64,000 nt of DNA, taken from contig RDEW01000002.1 of NCBI GenBank assembly GCA_011109175.1, positions 1,656,111 to 1,720,110 of the forward strand, given 5' to 3'. The position numbers were made by a program, and so were the translations under genes. Each line of letters starts with the position of its first letter. The first letter of the stretch is position 1. Shown piece by piece: positions 35,701 to 50,499 of the stretch. Source of the stretch: Dicyema japonicum (lineage: Eukaryota > Animalia > Dicyemida). The notes beneath the pieces are model-generated. The model was not told where the DNA came from, searched no databases, and saw only the letters and a program-made list of their open reading frames with translations.

Positions 35701-38032
35701 TCAACTACACGATGATGTGGTATGTTTTTGAGTTGTGATTGGCAGACACGTGACAGCTCGTCCGAGAAGGGTACAGGTCTTTCTGTAAATTCAGACAACT
35801 TCCTTCACACTCAGTTCTACCCCCAGTCGATGGAATACAAGTTCGACCAAATCAACATCTCCCAGGTTTTCCCATTCGGATATTTTAGAATAAAATCAAG
35901 GACATCAAGAAGAGGTTCAATGCCCTCTTTGAAGAGACTCTGCAGCTGAAACGACAGGCGCTGATTCAGCTCAACCAGAAGACCCAAAATAGACTGAAAA
36001 TAAGCAAGGAATTGACAGGGGATGCCTGGTCTGACCCTTTGTACAAATTGTCCCCTGTCGAGAACCCATTGGAGATTTTCCAAGTCACGGAAGAAGAGGT
36101 CTCCGAGTTTATGATGAGCTAGATATCGAACGAACTAAAGATTTCTGTCCCCAATTCAACGGAATGTGAAAGGGGGAAGATTGATGACGACAACTGGAGG
36201 GAAAGAGGTCTCAAATTGATGATGGACGGAGTCCTCGAAGTAAAGAAAGAGTTCTTCAAGAAAGTATCGGTTAACTGACAATCGTCAGGAACCGGAAATG
36301 CCAGAGTTTATGAAGGAGAAGGAGCAGACCAAGTGGACTGTGGAGGAGATACAAATTGCTGAGGAATACAACAAGAAGATCATTCAAAGTCGGGAGGAGT
36401 TCGAGCAGTATAAGAAGATTTTGGAGAATGAGATCAAAAAGATCTCTTCGCAGATCGAAGAAGTCATGGCTGGCTTCAACGAGAAGCTTCAGAGTCTGTT
36501 TAAGGCTCGGATTGAGGCTCATTTGTCCATAATTCAGGTAAAACGGTGATTCTACGGAAAGGAGGAACTCACCATCGCGAGAATGAAGAAGCTCATCATA
36601 GTGGAGTTGGAGTTGGATTTTTGGGAGACAGAAACGCGGAAAAATCTTGAGAAAAATCAAAATCTAGTGGTAGGGAGTACTCTGACCTAAGGATCAAAAA
36701 GTTGAAGTCAAGGACAAACTCCGCAAAATCACCGACGGAATACACGAAGAATACGAGATTTTGGCGGCGACAGACAAAATGCTGGAAAAGAGTTTCAAGA
36801 ATAAATTCGACTCCCACTCATTGGAGAGGCTATCAAAGCCCCTCAAACGGCGGCCAAAGTGGGGATCTGATTATTCCCAGATTCAAACATTTCGACACTG
36901 TGGAGGAACTTTCAAACACCTATAAACAGATAAAGCTCACACTGGATGATCTGGACAACCAGGTCCCCGAGGACCTTGACCCCGCAGTGTGGGAGAGGTT
37001 CTGTGCGTTTAGACGGCAAAAAATACACAGTGAATATAACGTTCACGCTTCCGTGATTTGTAGTTAAAGAAAAAGTACATTTTCGTCAACGAATCCCTGG
37101 CTTATCAGTCCAAGGTCGTCAAAGACATTGAAGACTTGCAGAAATCTGTGATCCCTGATATTTACATGACACTGGACACGTTATTTGGGGGTTATTCTAG
37201 AATTCGGGAAAAGAGGAGTGATTTGTATTACAACCTGGAAATACAGTTCGCTGTAAAGCAAGGACAAGTTGAGATAAACGCAGAAAACGGAATCCGTGAT
37301 TACTCTGACGCGGTCCTCATCCACCGATCAATCGTGGAAAATCTAAATTCTGATATAAAGGTCCGTTTCCATGGTAACACCTAGAAAGTGGCGAACCTGA
37401 AGGTAAATATAATGAAAGATGGGAGGGATGTGATGAACTCGATCGCTCAGTTGGAGTGGTGAGTGGTCATGGATGACTGTAGGGACCACAAGAAGATGCA
37501 AATGCAGTATGAGGACATCATTAATAGAATGAGGGAGATCAAAAACTTCAAGGTGTCGAGGGACATGCACAAAGTCCAGTAAATAGTAATTCCAGGTGAT
37601 TACAAACTCGTTCGCGGATGTGAACAGTCAGGACGAGATCTCGGCCCTCGAACAGGCCATCGCTAAGCAGAACCAAGTCTGACTTTGGCTAATATTAGCA
37701 CGAAGCCAAGGTAATGGAGGAGAAGAGAAAATACTACAATCATATCAAACGAGAAAAGAAAAAATTGGCGGGAAATAATGACGATTTGGAGGACAAAACG
37801 TTTGAGGTTGACATTGAAGTCGGTGAGAGACGGCATAAATTATGGAATGACAGGTAATCTTACCGGTAATTAAGCCAATGAAAACGAAAACTCAGAGGTT
37901 GATGCTCGTTATGCCGATATTGTACATCGACGGAGGATGGTTGACAAAATAAGCGAGAACTCTAGCCAAATATCCTTCCTGAAGAGAGAAGTGGACAGAC
38001 TTAGACTGAGGATGTACCCCTCTATGACCTAA
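32731..38032 (+). CDS. CFAP43: Cilia- and flagella-associated protein 43 (WDR96)
   Basis: N-terminal WD40 region, then ITNFPM, LKLMMDGVLEVKKE, PEDLDPAVWERFC, VKQGQVE..YSDAVLIHRSIVENLN and C-terminal EVDRLRLRMYPSMT*; many short introns (not all resolved). Confidence 0.93.
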
Positions 38033-38146
38033 CAATTTCATTAATAAATTAACATAATTAAGAGATAATCAGCCTGGCTACCTAAACAGAGGGTACTCCA
38101 TTGCCACGTACCTTATCTCCCTCGTCTATAATTTATGAGCGCTTTA

Positions 38147-38808
38147 CTATTATTAAAAGCACTCTCGAGAAAACATAAATTAGTTAAGTTTCCCTTGTGC
38201 CGTATTCCTAGTCATCCTCTCCGTCAACCTCGACCATGATCTTCTGTTGCGCGCTAGTTCTCTTAAGGAGTCAAGATCGTCCGTCGAAGTTAGTCTCATA
38301 CCTACCGCCGATAGGTCTTCGTTCAAGATAGTCGGAAGTGTCGTTCTTAGCCTTCCGCGAAATCCGGCTCCTGTGTGTGCGAAGTAGTTGACCATTGCGA
38401 AATTTGCGGGGATCTGGTCATTTAGAAGTCTTGATTGAAAATATCATCTGACAGCACGCCGTATTTGCATTTATAAAGGTTTGCATCAGATCTTCATGGG
38501 CCAGTTAATCTTGATTACCGGTTTGAGCTGAGCTCTGTGGAAAGAGTCAAGACGGTCCATTTCTCGTTTAGAGATTCCCAAATCCCAGAGTTGTAGGTTA
38601 GTACCGGAATGACAAAAGCTTTGTATATTCTAAACCTGGTGTTTAGTCCTATCCTCTTCTTGTGGCTAGGTCGCATACCAGTTGGCGTTTCTTGTGAGGT
38701 TGTTTAAGTCCTCTACAATTGAAAGTTCCCAGAGTGAACGGAGAAGTCGGTAAAGAATACGAATAAGACATAGTGCAATAGAGATGTCGTCACTCCCTCA
38801 ACCAAGTA
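38147..38808 (-). mobile_element. Internally deleted RTE element (662 bp) with 13-bp TSD
   Basis: TATGAGCGCTTTA at 38134-38146 and 38809-38821. Endonuclease start (LGTFNCRGLKQPHKK) is fused to the C-terminus (RIYKAFVIPVLTYNS..GFRGRLRTTLP..RNRRSW); tail TAATAATAG. Confidence 0.9.
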
Positions 38809-39114
38809 TATGAGCGCTTTAGATAGCACAAAAGTGATTATTGATTGCAACACGCCGATCATTGATGCCTGTATTGTGAGGAATCCTAAGAGGCTATCAA
38901 ATCCTCAACGCTGAGTAAGTGATGGTAGATTCGAGTCTCTTCAAATCCAGGTTGACTAATCCAAGCAAGACTAAACAAATTATTCAACGCTTAGCTAACA
39001 GTGAAGCTAATTGTTAGTGATGCAACCAAATCAATAAAATGTGACTCATTAACAAACTCCCAAATTAGTAAACATAATATGAAAAATCATGAGTTTACAA
39101 AAAATATAATTCTA

Positions 39115-40373
<1,259 letters not shown>

Positions 40374-41169
40374 ATAAATATTTAATTTATAATTTAATTA
40401 ATTAAATAATTTAATTGATATTTAACTTACAGTATGTGGACTACAGTATGTGGACTAAAAGTGTTTGAATAGTTTTTTGAAATTTTGTTAATTGTATTTA
40501 TATTGTTTCCCTGACGTCACATGTTGTACAATTTAATTACCTATTTTTAATATTACCACTATGATTTCCCTTATAAGAACGGTTGGGGGTTAATCTAATA
40601 ATTCCCTAGTTCCCCTTAATCCACATTTTCCAGTTCAACAAAGTGGTCACGGATGAGATACGAATCTATAGATTAGTGTACCAGACGTTTCCTCCTTTTG
40701 AAACTTTGTGTTTCCTGGGTCCACCATTTCGTCCATTAACAAGAGAGGTACATCCATTTTATGGAGATTTAGAAAAGCTTATGTTAATCTCGATATTTTA
40801 AGCCAATGTCATTGTGAATGCAGCCCTAATGAATCGAATCACTCTCGAAATCCATTTCAGAAGAACTCAGTCAGTAGCACTTCTGGGGTTGATTGAGATG
40901 GGAGATTGACCTTCTTACTTTAGCTGTGGACGCTATACACTTATGGGAGTAGGTGACTCACATAAAACTAGTGTCTGCCAGAGGATCACATATAAACTGT
41001 ACTAGACTAAAGATCTTGTCGTTTTATAGGTTGGTAAGGGACCAGTGAAGAGCCTAACCCTCCGAAGGTGGATCTCCCTTATCTTAACTCATTTCCTTCC
41101 ATGCAGAGATCTAACAGGGTCACTAATAGCTTATTGGAATGAATTTAGTGAATTCAAATAAAAATTGAA

Positions 41170-42826
41170 TTATTTTGATCCCACCTTGACTCCACTATGA
41201 GAGGACTCGCAATACTAAAGTGAATGGACTACTTACACTTCTCTAATGTGAGTAAATCGTTGGTGGTCCCTTATTATTTTTCTAGTTCTTCCGAGTTCTA
41301 CAGTATATTTTACTCAGTTACTGTTCTCTCTCGTCCTCCATCCGATGTAAATCACCAGCAGGATAGAACACGTGAATAGTAGCGTCAATGGAATAACGAT
41401 CATTACGCTGGTTTTTCCACGTGAAGGCCGGTGGTTGTCCGGAGTTTTGTGATTCCCACCTTTTATTAGTCGTTTGATACTCTTGTGGGAAATTTTGAAC
41501 TTCTGTTGAGCCAGAAACGATCCATATTTATTTTTGGCGACACAAATTATTTTATACGGTCCATTTGTAACCGTGAAATTAATCCTCACACTTCCGTTAA
41601 CTTCTTCGGAGACCAGAGGCCGGTTCCCTAGTGTGTCAACCCGAGCTTACTCCCAATCACTTCTAACTCTTCCAATGAATCTCCATAGTACCAAGAAAGG
41701 GATACTAATTCATAGGGGCTTTCAAACCTAAATATTACGACCTCTCCTTCAGTCACGTTTTCTACGGAAGGGATTATTGAACCGTTTGGTGGCTCTAATT
41801 TTTAGTGACCTCACTAACTTGGGATGACCACTGTAAATGGCATCCAGTCAGTTCCCAAATAATTCTGACCGACACAAATGTATGAATGTCCCTGATCCAT
41901 TGAAGATATTTCAATCTCCCGTTGATTTGCATCGTAATAAGTCACTTCAGGGGGCGGACTAAGACACTGCCTGACTAAACGGTACTTTCCGTAAAAGGCG
42001 CATAGTGGCCGACCTTCGATCAAAAATACGGGGTAATTTTTGTGGGAAGGGTAGACAATTTTCGGAGCAAAGTCATCATAGTTGCCTTTAATTATTACCA
42101 ACTTCACTTCTTTTACCGACGTAGAGTGCAAAATACTCAGTATTCAACGTCAAAGTTGACGTTGAGTCTGAAATCTTCGCCTGGCAACGATAAAGGGCCG
42201 AGTCAGAGGCTGTCAAATACGAAAAAATAAGTTTTGCTAGCTTTTATTAAATGGGGTACCGTCGACAAACCGGGCTCTGTCAAACTCAGGGTTACTCCCA
42301 ATTTTTATTACAGAATATTCCACAAACAGGGGGACATTCCGTATAAGGGACTTGCTGCACTCAATCGTGTAGGGGTCACCTTCTTCCTTGTGAACAATTT
42401 TGTTGTCCATTCGATTGAATAATTCTAAAATAATTGTTATCCACAACCAGGAACGAAAACGGTGACGGGGGTACAGTGGTAGACCGCACGTGTTCATTAT
42501 ATGACACTTATACTCCCCTGATAATGCTTTGTCAGGGTTTTTAAATGTTAGAGTTTGATTTTTGTTGCTTAAACTCACAAATTTGAGGATATTTAAAATG
42601 GAAATGCCGTTCCGTTGCCAGATGACTCTGAAATTAAGGAAACACCAACCTCCCACCGAATTTATCACAGTTTTGGCAGTGGCAATCAATCTTGGTTTTT
42701 TCCCTGAGCAAAATCGGTCCGAGGGTAAAATTCGAGACGATTGGCTTCTGACACTCTCAAGTAAATCAAGGTTGTACCCTTGGAGTTCAAAACGGGGGAA
42801 CAAAGGAGAGTAAGAGTGAATAGCAT
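41170..42826 (-). CDS. Type I Ig-superfamily membrane protein (about 4 Ig domains, L1/neuroglian-like, short cytoplasmic tail)
   Basis: Signal peptide MLFTLTLLCSPVLNS; Ig strands VIWQRNG..LSGEYKC, LIFSYLTASDSALYRC, YICVGQNYLG, IICVAKNKYG; TM VMIVIPLTLLFTCSILLVIYIGW. Last exon uncertain. Confidence 0.8.
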
Positions 42827-43249
42827 TCCCACCCCGGCAGATGCAGTGTATTTATATAAAACGGCGCTAATCTGCCAATCAAATAACATTGAGACGTCAA
42901 ATAATCATCAAATTAAACAAAATTCACTAATTTAGCGTATTTACAGTCATAAATGAATTCTTTGTGCTTAATTGGTCGGATAATTATTTCCAGCTATTTT
43001 CATGGTGACTGTTTGATGCTGACGTTGATTTGACGGAATTATTTTCCGCCATAATTTGCTAGTCTGGAATAAAGGAGACAATTTCCTAATCGATACTTAA
43101 TGGACAGTAATTTATATCAATTGTATTATCTGGAGAATAATGGTAATTTATGATGATTACTTTATGGATTGCATCGGTAATACCCTGCCTTATCTCCATG
43201 AGGTCTCGGAGTTTGCGGTCTTGGCAATTTGGTTTTATGGAGGCTTGGG

Positions 43250-44350
43250 GGATTCAAATGTCTTGCATGTCTCCTATGTACTCTAGGAGTCTTTTTATGG
43301 GTCACTGCTTATAGCGAGGACATTCCAATTGATAAGGGAAACGAGAGAAGGGGTGAGGGTGGATGGTGACCTCTTCTGATGATTAGGACAATAGTACCCA
43401 TGATTTATGTGACCAATAGAAAACACTTTGTGGATCACAAAATGTAGATCAATTTGATATTGACAAAGTGTTCGTTATGTCGAGGGCACATGAAAGGATT
43501 GCAATGATTGGTTAGATTGATTTTAGTATTTTGCAACAAAAATGTGGTAGGTCGTATGTTTTCTATAAGGCACTAATGTAAAACCAAGTGATGAATTACT
43601 CCACGCACAGAGTAACTCTTGCATTCAGGTTTTGAGGAGGGTGGCCCAGGAATGTATATTAAGACACTCTGGCCTTCAGATGGGATTCTATGAGGAGCGA
43701 TCCTGGGATGAATGTTTCGAAAGTTTGAACTCACAGATAAGACACCATGAAGGAGCTCAATGTAACACAGGATCGACTCGGTGTGATATGATGGCCTCCG
43801 ATGAGCCCTCGCCGAGGCGGTTGAAGCTTACATCTCCAACTTATTTAAGGACGTGAGGACAGAGTTTGCCGTTCTAGTTTGTTTGAGTTTAACCGTGGAT
43901 TTCGTCCTAAGCTCTATTCAACATTTTCCTAACACCACTTTCCTGCCCAGCCAATATGAGGTTAAAATGCCAGTGACATTTTACTCTGGATCACTCGTGG
44001 GGATGCTAGGGATCTGAGATTCCGTAAATGTACTCATGCACTGTCGCGGTAGTAGTTGAGATTTGAGAAGTGGAGTTATCAGCCGTCTTAAGCGACTGCG
44101 AACTCTATGATTGTCTATGAGGTTCATGTAGCAGTTAAGGGAAGATGAACTACATTGGGGTCACGTTCAACTCCAATTCTAGTCTCCTGGAGCATTCTAT
44201 TCTCATTAAGAGGCGTGTTGTGAATCGTCTGGGTGCTCATTGCATATGCCTGGGACCGAATGTTGCATCATGGTGCTTACTATATTCTCCCTGGTACCTT
44301 AGTGGGAGGTGATAAGGCCAGATATCCTGAACATTCAGTAGGCGTGTAAT
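43250..44350 (+). mobile_element. Highly decayed non-LTR element
   Basis: Remnants resembling APE (GGW..LMIR), FGFRPK and LG.TFNSN.S..EH; many stops. Confidence 0.45.
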
Positions 44351-44379
44351 ACTATATTCCCTAGGGATGTCTTGTAGCA

Positions 44380-45540
44380 GTGGTTTTTTGAAAATAATTT
44401 TCGCGGCACACTAATCGTAAAAAAAATAATCCACGACACACATTAAAAATAAAAAAAATAAAATTTTTTTGGATACGTAAAAGTGAGGACAAAAATTGGT
44501 TATTTAATGAGCAAATTTTTATAAATCCACCGCATAAAGCCTCTCGAATCCACCGCATTTTTTCAAAAATAGAAAATTTCCTATGATAAATTCTCGAATC
44601 CGGCGCATTTTTAAAAATATTTTTTTAATTAATTAATTTTTTTATTTTCTTATTATTTTTATTTTTTAATTCAAAAATACTTCTACACGAGAAATTATCA
44701 TTTCTTGTGTTGTTGGTCTAATAAAAGGAATATTCAAACGTGTTATTTCAAGACGATCCTTAAATATCCCGCGGAGAAAATGAATGTATCCACTTGTCTT
44801 TTTTCAGAATTATCTCGGAATCCATACATGAAGTTCAATGAAATCGATGACGATACAATGTCGTGGATTGAACTGATGGAAACCAGAGGAGCAATTCTTA
44901 ATGACGCAATTATTCTTACAAAGGGGGGGGGGGGCTTTGCAAAGGAACTCTAAATAGCTGATTTTAAAGCCAGTCGTGGATGGTTTTAAAAATTTTAGCT
45001 AACATATATCAGGTTGGCTAAAGAAAAGCGCAAAATACTACTCGTAATTGACCAATGTCCATCTCACAAGATTTTTCAAATTTACAGAAGTTGAAATAAT
45101 GTTTTTTACCGCCGAATGTTTCATGTTTTTACATAAATTCAAATTTCTTGAAATGATTTAAAATATTGAACTCGGAAAATCATCATTCGAGGCATATAAA
45201 GAAATCCAGAAGATGAGTTTCTTCTCTCTGGGTATATAATGAAGAGATCCTGGAAAATTTGTATGAAAATGATGAAGACACAGAATGCATTAATGGTGGA
45301 GAACAAAAAATGAACAGGTCGTTTAGAGTACGATGCAGTGAATTCTGTCTATATTGAGGAAGTACTTCAAACAGAAGGATGAAGTTAACTCCAATTCAGA
45401 AATCATATGTGAACATCTCAATGATTCCTTTGAGCTCACAAAGTATCACTAAACATTTGACCGAATCTACAGTACATAGTAAAAACTAAATACTTGTGTT
45501 GTTTTTTCAAGTGCATAAAATAATCCACAGATTTTTTGGA
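44380..45540 (+). mobile_element. pogo/Tigger-like DNA transposon remnant, internally deleted
   Basis: CENP-B-type HTH (GAILNDAIILTK..FKASRGWF) and DDE_1 (RKILLVIDQCPSH..EIMF.PPN); subterminal repeats CTCGAATCC(A/G)(C/G)CGCA; TIRs not resolved. Confidence 0.8.
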
Positions 45541-45591
45541 ATAGTCCGCATGCTTGGAAGTAAAATGTCTATTTAGTTTGCTAGGAACCAT

Positions 45592-46700
45592 TTATTTAAA
45601 TTTTTTAGCAGGGGGCACACCGTTTGACAATCTCTTTCTTGTAGGGTACCATTTCCACAAGGGAATTTCAGTGACTTGAAAGTCGTGAAGAAGATCATTG
45701 ATATATTCACTAAAGAAGAATAGAGGTGACGGGAAGAAATAGAGGGTTCTCGAAATCCCGTCGCAAGATGGCGAAACGGATAAAATGACTCTCTCTGTTG
45801 GTGCCTAATAACGATTCGTTCATACCTCCAGACACTCAGAACACTGGGAGTTATTTCCGCATGAGTGGGAGCCCAATGTTTTGGAAGACTCATTATGTCG
45901 TTCTGTCTCACCTTTCCGTTCACGAAACCCTGTTAATTGTTTACAACTACATCGTGTTGATTTTTCCCGGATCCATCGTTCATCTTTTAAATGTAAAGTT
46001 TCATTGAACGGTTTGGAATTTTACTGGAGGAAGATAACATTTACTATTTCTGCTTTCTACCTGTTAACTGTTGGACCAAGATCTGGATGAGATTGTCGGT
46101 TGTTAACGCTAAGCAAAGTGGGAGCAGAGAATTCCCTTGCTGTACTCCTGCAAGAGTTAGTCACGTACTCTTCAAAGATCAGGAGATCTTTGATACTTAG
46201 GTAGGGTTTATCAATTTAATTATCTCCTGAAGTTTTCGGAGACAAGTCTTGAGGAGTCTTTCCAGGGAGTTGAAGGCGTTGGGTATGTCGGATATATATT
46301 TGATTCGATGTCATTCAAACTGAGAAAACAGATCGTGGAGAATGAATGGTCGCCTCGTGGCAATGAAGAAAGTCAACTCACAATAGAGTCAAGGACATCG
46401 GGCACGAACGAGTTTTGGGGACACCTTAAGCGCTAAACGTCTGCAAAACGGTCCCGACATTAAGTACAAAATCGATATTACTGGAAGACCGAAAGTGAAC
46501 CAGAATACTCATGAATCCGTCACTTCTTCCTAAGTAGATATTTCATACAACAGAAACGCGTCACAACCACGTGGCTAACTGTATTTTGATTTCACAAAAA
46601 GTAACTTGTCTCATTCAACCACGACAAAGAAATATGGCCTCTGACGTAGTTTGGGAAATCTGGACTAACACGAGGACCCCTAACAGGTCATGCTTATCAT
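45592..46700 (-). CDS. Putative orphan intron-containing gene; only the 3' exons resolved
   Basis: A 21-nt intron leads to a final exon APTERVILSVSP..EIPLWKWYPTRKRLSNGVPPAKKFK* (NLS-like end). 5' exons could not be joined cleanly, so it may be degenerate. Confidence 0.4.
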
Positions 46701-46738
46701 TCCATTTTCGCTAAAATCAAATAAATCGATTTTATTAG

Positions 46739-47105
46739 TAGGGCGATTTTTGTCAATAAAGTCAAAAATTGATATGTTCTTAAATATTGTTTAAAACTTA
46801 TGAAAATGTAGTTTTTAATCAAAAATATTACATTAATCAAAAGTTCAAACTTTTAGGTAATGAAAAAAGGTCAAAATTTAATTTTTAGGTCAATAAATTC
46901 TTAGGGAATTTGCGATTGATCGCGAGACGCTGTTGAACATATTCAGATTACACTATTCTGTATTTTAATAAAGATTTTGATTTGTTTTTTATATTAATAA
47001 ATTTTTTTGTAGATAAATTTACATAGAGGTCAAAATTTTGAAATTTAAAAGTCAATTTTTAGGTCAAAATTTCTGATTAATAAATTCAAAATAAAAATCG
47101 CCCTA
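46739..47105. mobile_element. hAT-type MITE, 367 bp
   Basis: Perfect 13-bp TIR TAGGGCGATTTTT/AAAAATCGCCCTA; 8-bp TSD TTTATTAG/ATTATTAG (7/8); AT-rich interior with AGGTCAAAATTT repeats. Confidence 0.85.
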
Positions 47106-47356
47106 ATTATTAGTAAAATAGTGATAGAATATCTGGGTGACCACATGTGATAGTAAAATGATTAGAATAACCAAAATTGAAAATTAATGAGAAATTCCTG
47201 TGGTTTCCCATTGTTTAAAGAATATTTTTGATAAAATATAAAATAAATAATATTAAATAATAAATTTATTAGAATATTTTATGAATTTAATTAATCCTAT
47301 TATGACAATAATTTTATAATTATTATTTAAAATTAAATAAAATCTAATTAAAATTA

Positions 47357-49926
47357 ATGGAAGTTCACCTTTCCGATGACGAATTTATTGATGTTGCCGT
47401 AGATGGTCGTCAGCTGCTCCACGGTGTAGCCGACCACTCGAAGGGTTAGCTTGTCTGTATAATCTTAGGGTCGTTCACTCTTAAGGATCTGCCAGGCGTG
47501 AATTACGACGACTTTCATACAATAGATTGGCAGAAGAATTTCCAGCGAAACCGATTTAGACACCGCCAAATAGTCTTGGAATCAAAAAAATCATACTTTG
47601 GGCTGCTATACTATGTATTCGACTCCTCCTCGGCCTGGATTTGCATTCTAATGGTCGGCCTTCTCTGTGGACTAGTGGCTGCCTACATTGATATGGCCTA
47701 CGTGTGGATGGGTTCTCTTCTTCATGGCACTTGCACCAAGGACGTACTTCTCACCAGTGAGGACTGCTGTTGGTCTATGAACAACACTGCCAACCATAAA
47801 ATGTGTCCAAATGTATGGATAAATGTTTATCTAGTGATAATCAGTGGAAGTCATGGGGACAATTGGTAGGAGCTAGTGAAAGTGGCACATATTATTTCAA
47901 CTACTTCATTTTCTGCCTCTTCTCTGTCCTATATACCACATTTGCTGCCATGATGGTCAAATTCTTTGCCCCCTACGCCTCTGGTCAGGTATTCCTGAGG
48001 TAACTCTTTTCTTATTCGTAGATGAAGACCATCCTCAGTGGATACATAATCAGAGGCTACCTCAGCAGCTGGACCTTCGTTATAAAGTGTTTCGGGATTG
48101 TGCTTTCTTCAGCAGGGGGACTGTCTCTCGGAAAGGAGGGTCCCTTCGTCCAGATCTGTAGCTCCATAGCCAACATTATTTCCGAACTGTTCCCCAAACT
48201 CAGGACAAACGAAATCAAGAAAAGAGAGGTCGGGTTTCTGATTATCTCAGGTCCTTTCGTCTGCAGTGGCTGCTGGGGTGTCTGTGGCTTTCGGGGCACC
48301 GGTTGGAGGAGTTCTTTTCAGTTTGGAGGAAGTGAGCTACTTCTTCCCCTTAAAAACCCTCTGGCGTTCATTCTTCTGTGCTTTGGTTGCTGCTTTTTCC
48401 CTCCACCTGTCCGGTGTTAACAGGGGGAAGCAGGACATTCTGTTCTACTTGGGCTACAATGACAGTATCCACTACGTTGAGCTGATCGTCTTCACTCTGA
48501 TTGGAATACTCGGGGTACTCTTGGATTACGAAAGACTAGGGATTCTACGGAGTGCTGTTCATTAAGCTAAACATAATGTATTGTACTCTCAGGAAGAACT
48601 CGATTATTGGCAGGTTCCCCATAACTGAGGTATTATGTGTGGTGATGGCAGGTTACCATAGTTACCCTGTTGACAGTCCTCTGTTCATATCCATTCGTCT
48701 TCACAAGACAGGACACAAACTCGTTTATTAGGCAGTTGTTCGCCAAATGTGAGATTGGGAATGATTCGCCTCTCTGTGACTACAAGTGGGATCTGAGTAA
48801 TCTGAATGGGAAACAGGACAACCCCCAGCTGGGACCAGGAATATACACGTCAATGTGGCAGTTGTTTATCATTCTGATACTTAAACTGATATTCACGACC
48901 GTCACGTTCGGTCTTAAGGTTAAGTTTGCCTAATGGTAGGTCCCTGCTGGACTGTTTATCCCAACTATATGTGGTGGGGCCATTATTGGACGGATTGTTG
49001 GCATTGGAGTACAGCAGATCGCCAGGTAGGCTGTAAGGTTATGTAGACAATACTCATTGACTGATGTCAACTCCGCAATACTGATAAACCCGGGAATATA
49101 TGCCCTTGTGGGGGCTTCGGCTACGTTAGGAGGGGTCACAAGGATGACGGGTACTCTTGGTGGTAATGCAGTGTCCCTGGTTGTGATTATGTATGAAATG
49201 ACGGCGGGAATATCTTACATTATCCCGATAATGGTGGCCACGATGACTTCAAAGTGGATTGCCGATTGGTTTGGGAAGGAGGGAATGTCGTTTTGTTGGT
49301 GTATTTTGTAGATATGACCGACACATCCACATGAACGGGTTCCCCTTTCTCGATGGGAAGGAGGAGATTGCTGAGAGTGGGACTGCCCACGACGTATTGC
49401 ACTCTTTGAAGGACGACGCTGGGGATCTGACTGTGATTGAGCAGAACAAGATGACCATTCTGGAAATTAGTTGGCTGATTGAGTGATATTAAGAAAATCT
49501 GTTGGATGATACGAACTATAATGGGTTCCCTGTGGTCGTCTCTCGGCACTGTCGTGTGCTAGCAGGATTCGTCTACCGAAGGGACCTTGAGTTTGCCTTG
49601 GAACGGCTCTCCTCAGTTCCTGAAACCACGATTGTGTACTTTTCAGGTCCTCGCTCCGATCAGTACAAATCCACCAGACTTTCAGTGATTTTAGACCAGG
49701 TTTCATGCTTTGTTCAAAAATAGAGTCCAATCACTGTGACTGTGTATGCCTCCATCCATGTGATCTTGGAAATGTTCCAAAAGTTGGGGATAAGACAACT
49801 GTTGGTGACCAAAAACAAGTAATTAAGTGAATAAGGTGTAGTGAGGTTGTTGGGATCATCACTAAGAAGGACTTTGTCCAGTACATCGTGGATTTGAGGA
49901 AGCGTACTAAATTATTAAGACATTAA
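47357..49926 (+). CDS. ClC-3/4/5-type 2Cl-/H+ exchanger
   Basis: [14 protein letters not shown] (gating Glu), GVLFSLEE (proton Glu), [24 protein letters not shown], two CBS domains; introns of 21-25 nt. The GSGIPE motif lacks one base at about 47985. Confidence 0.95.
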
Positions 49927-50499
49927 TTATTTTCATATTTTAATTTTGGTTTATTAATATTTAAATTATTTTAATTATGAATTAGTCATGTGGTCGTTTT
50001 GTGGCTTTTTATTGTTAGAATCTTAATGAATCGTGGTCTTTTCAGTGTTGGTCGGAGTTATAGTTTGGTATTTTAAATAAACTTCATTCGACTGTAAAGA
50101 CACGTGGAGACTGTTATTTGTGCCACATTGATGACGAGGGTCTCAGATTCCCACGTTATCAAGGCAGCATTCTCGATATAATCTTTAGACATGATCCTGG
50201 GCTTTATAGAGTAACCAATGAGGGGTTCATCCAATCAGTAGTGTTGAGAAACTTTGTGGAGTATGGTAATTGTATACATATGTGGATTTATGTCGTCTGA
50301 TATAGTGGCACGTGTTAGCTCTGAGGACATCACGTTGGACCCTGTAACAGAAGAGGCTACTGATTAGATGTGGAGAGGGAATAAGGATGAGTTGCCAGTT
50401 GATTTTTCTAAGAGGTGTAGACTTTCTCGTATCACCTTGTTGATTCTTGGCGGTTTTTGGTGACTAACCTCGTAAAACATGGAAGTGCCCATAGTTACG

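Noticed and set aside
40428-40455. 14-bp tandem TACAGTATGTGGAC x2 upstream of PI4K2
   Set aside because: Could be an excision footprint, but no supporting element; too short to interpret.
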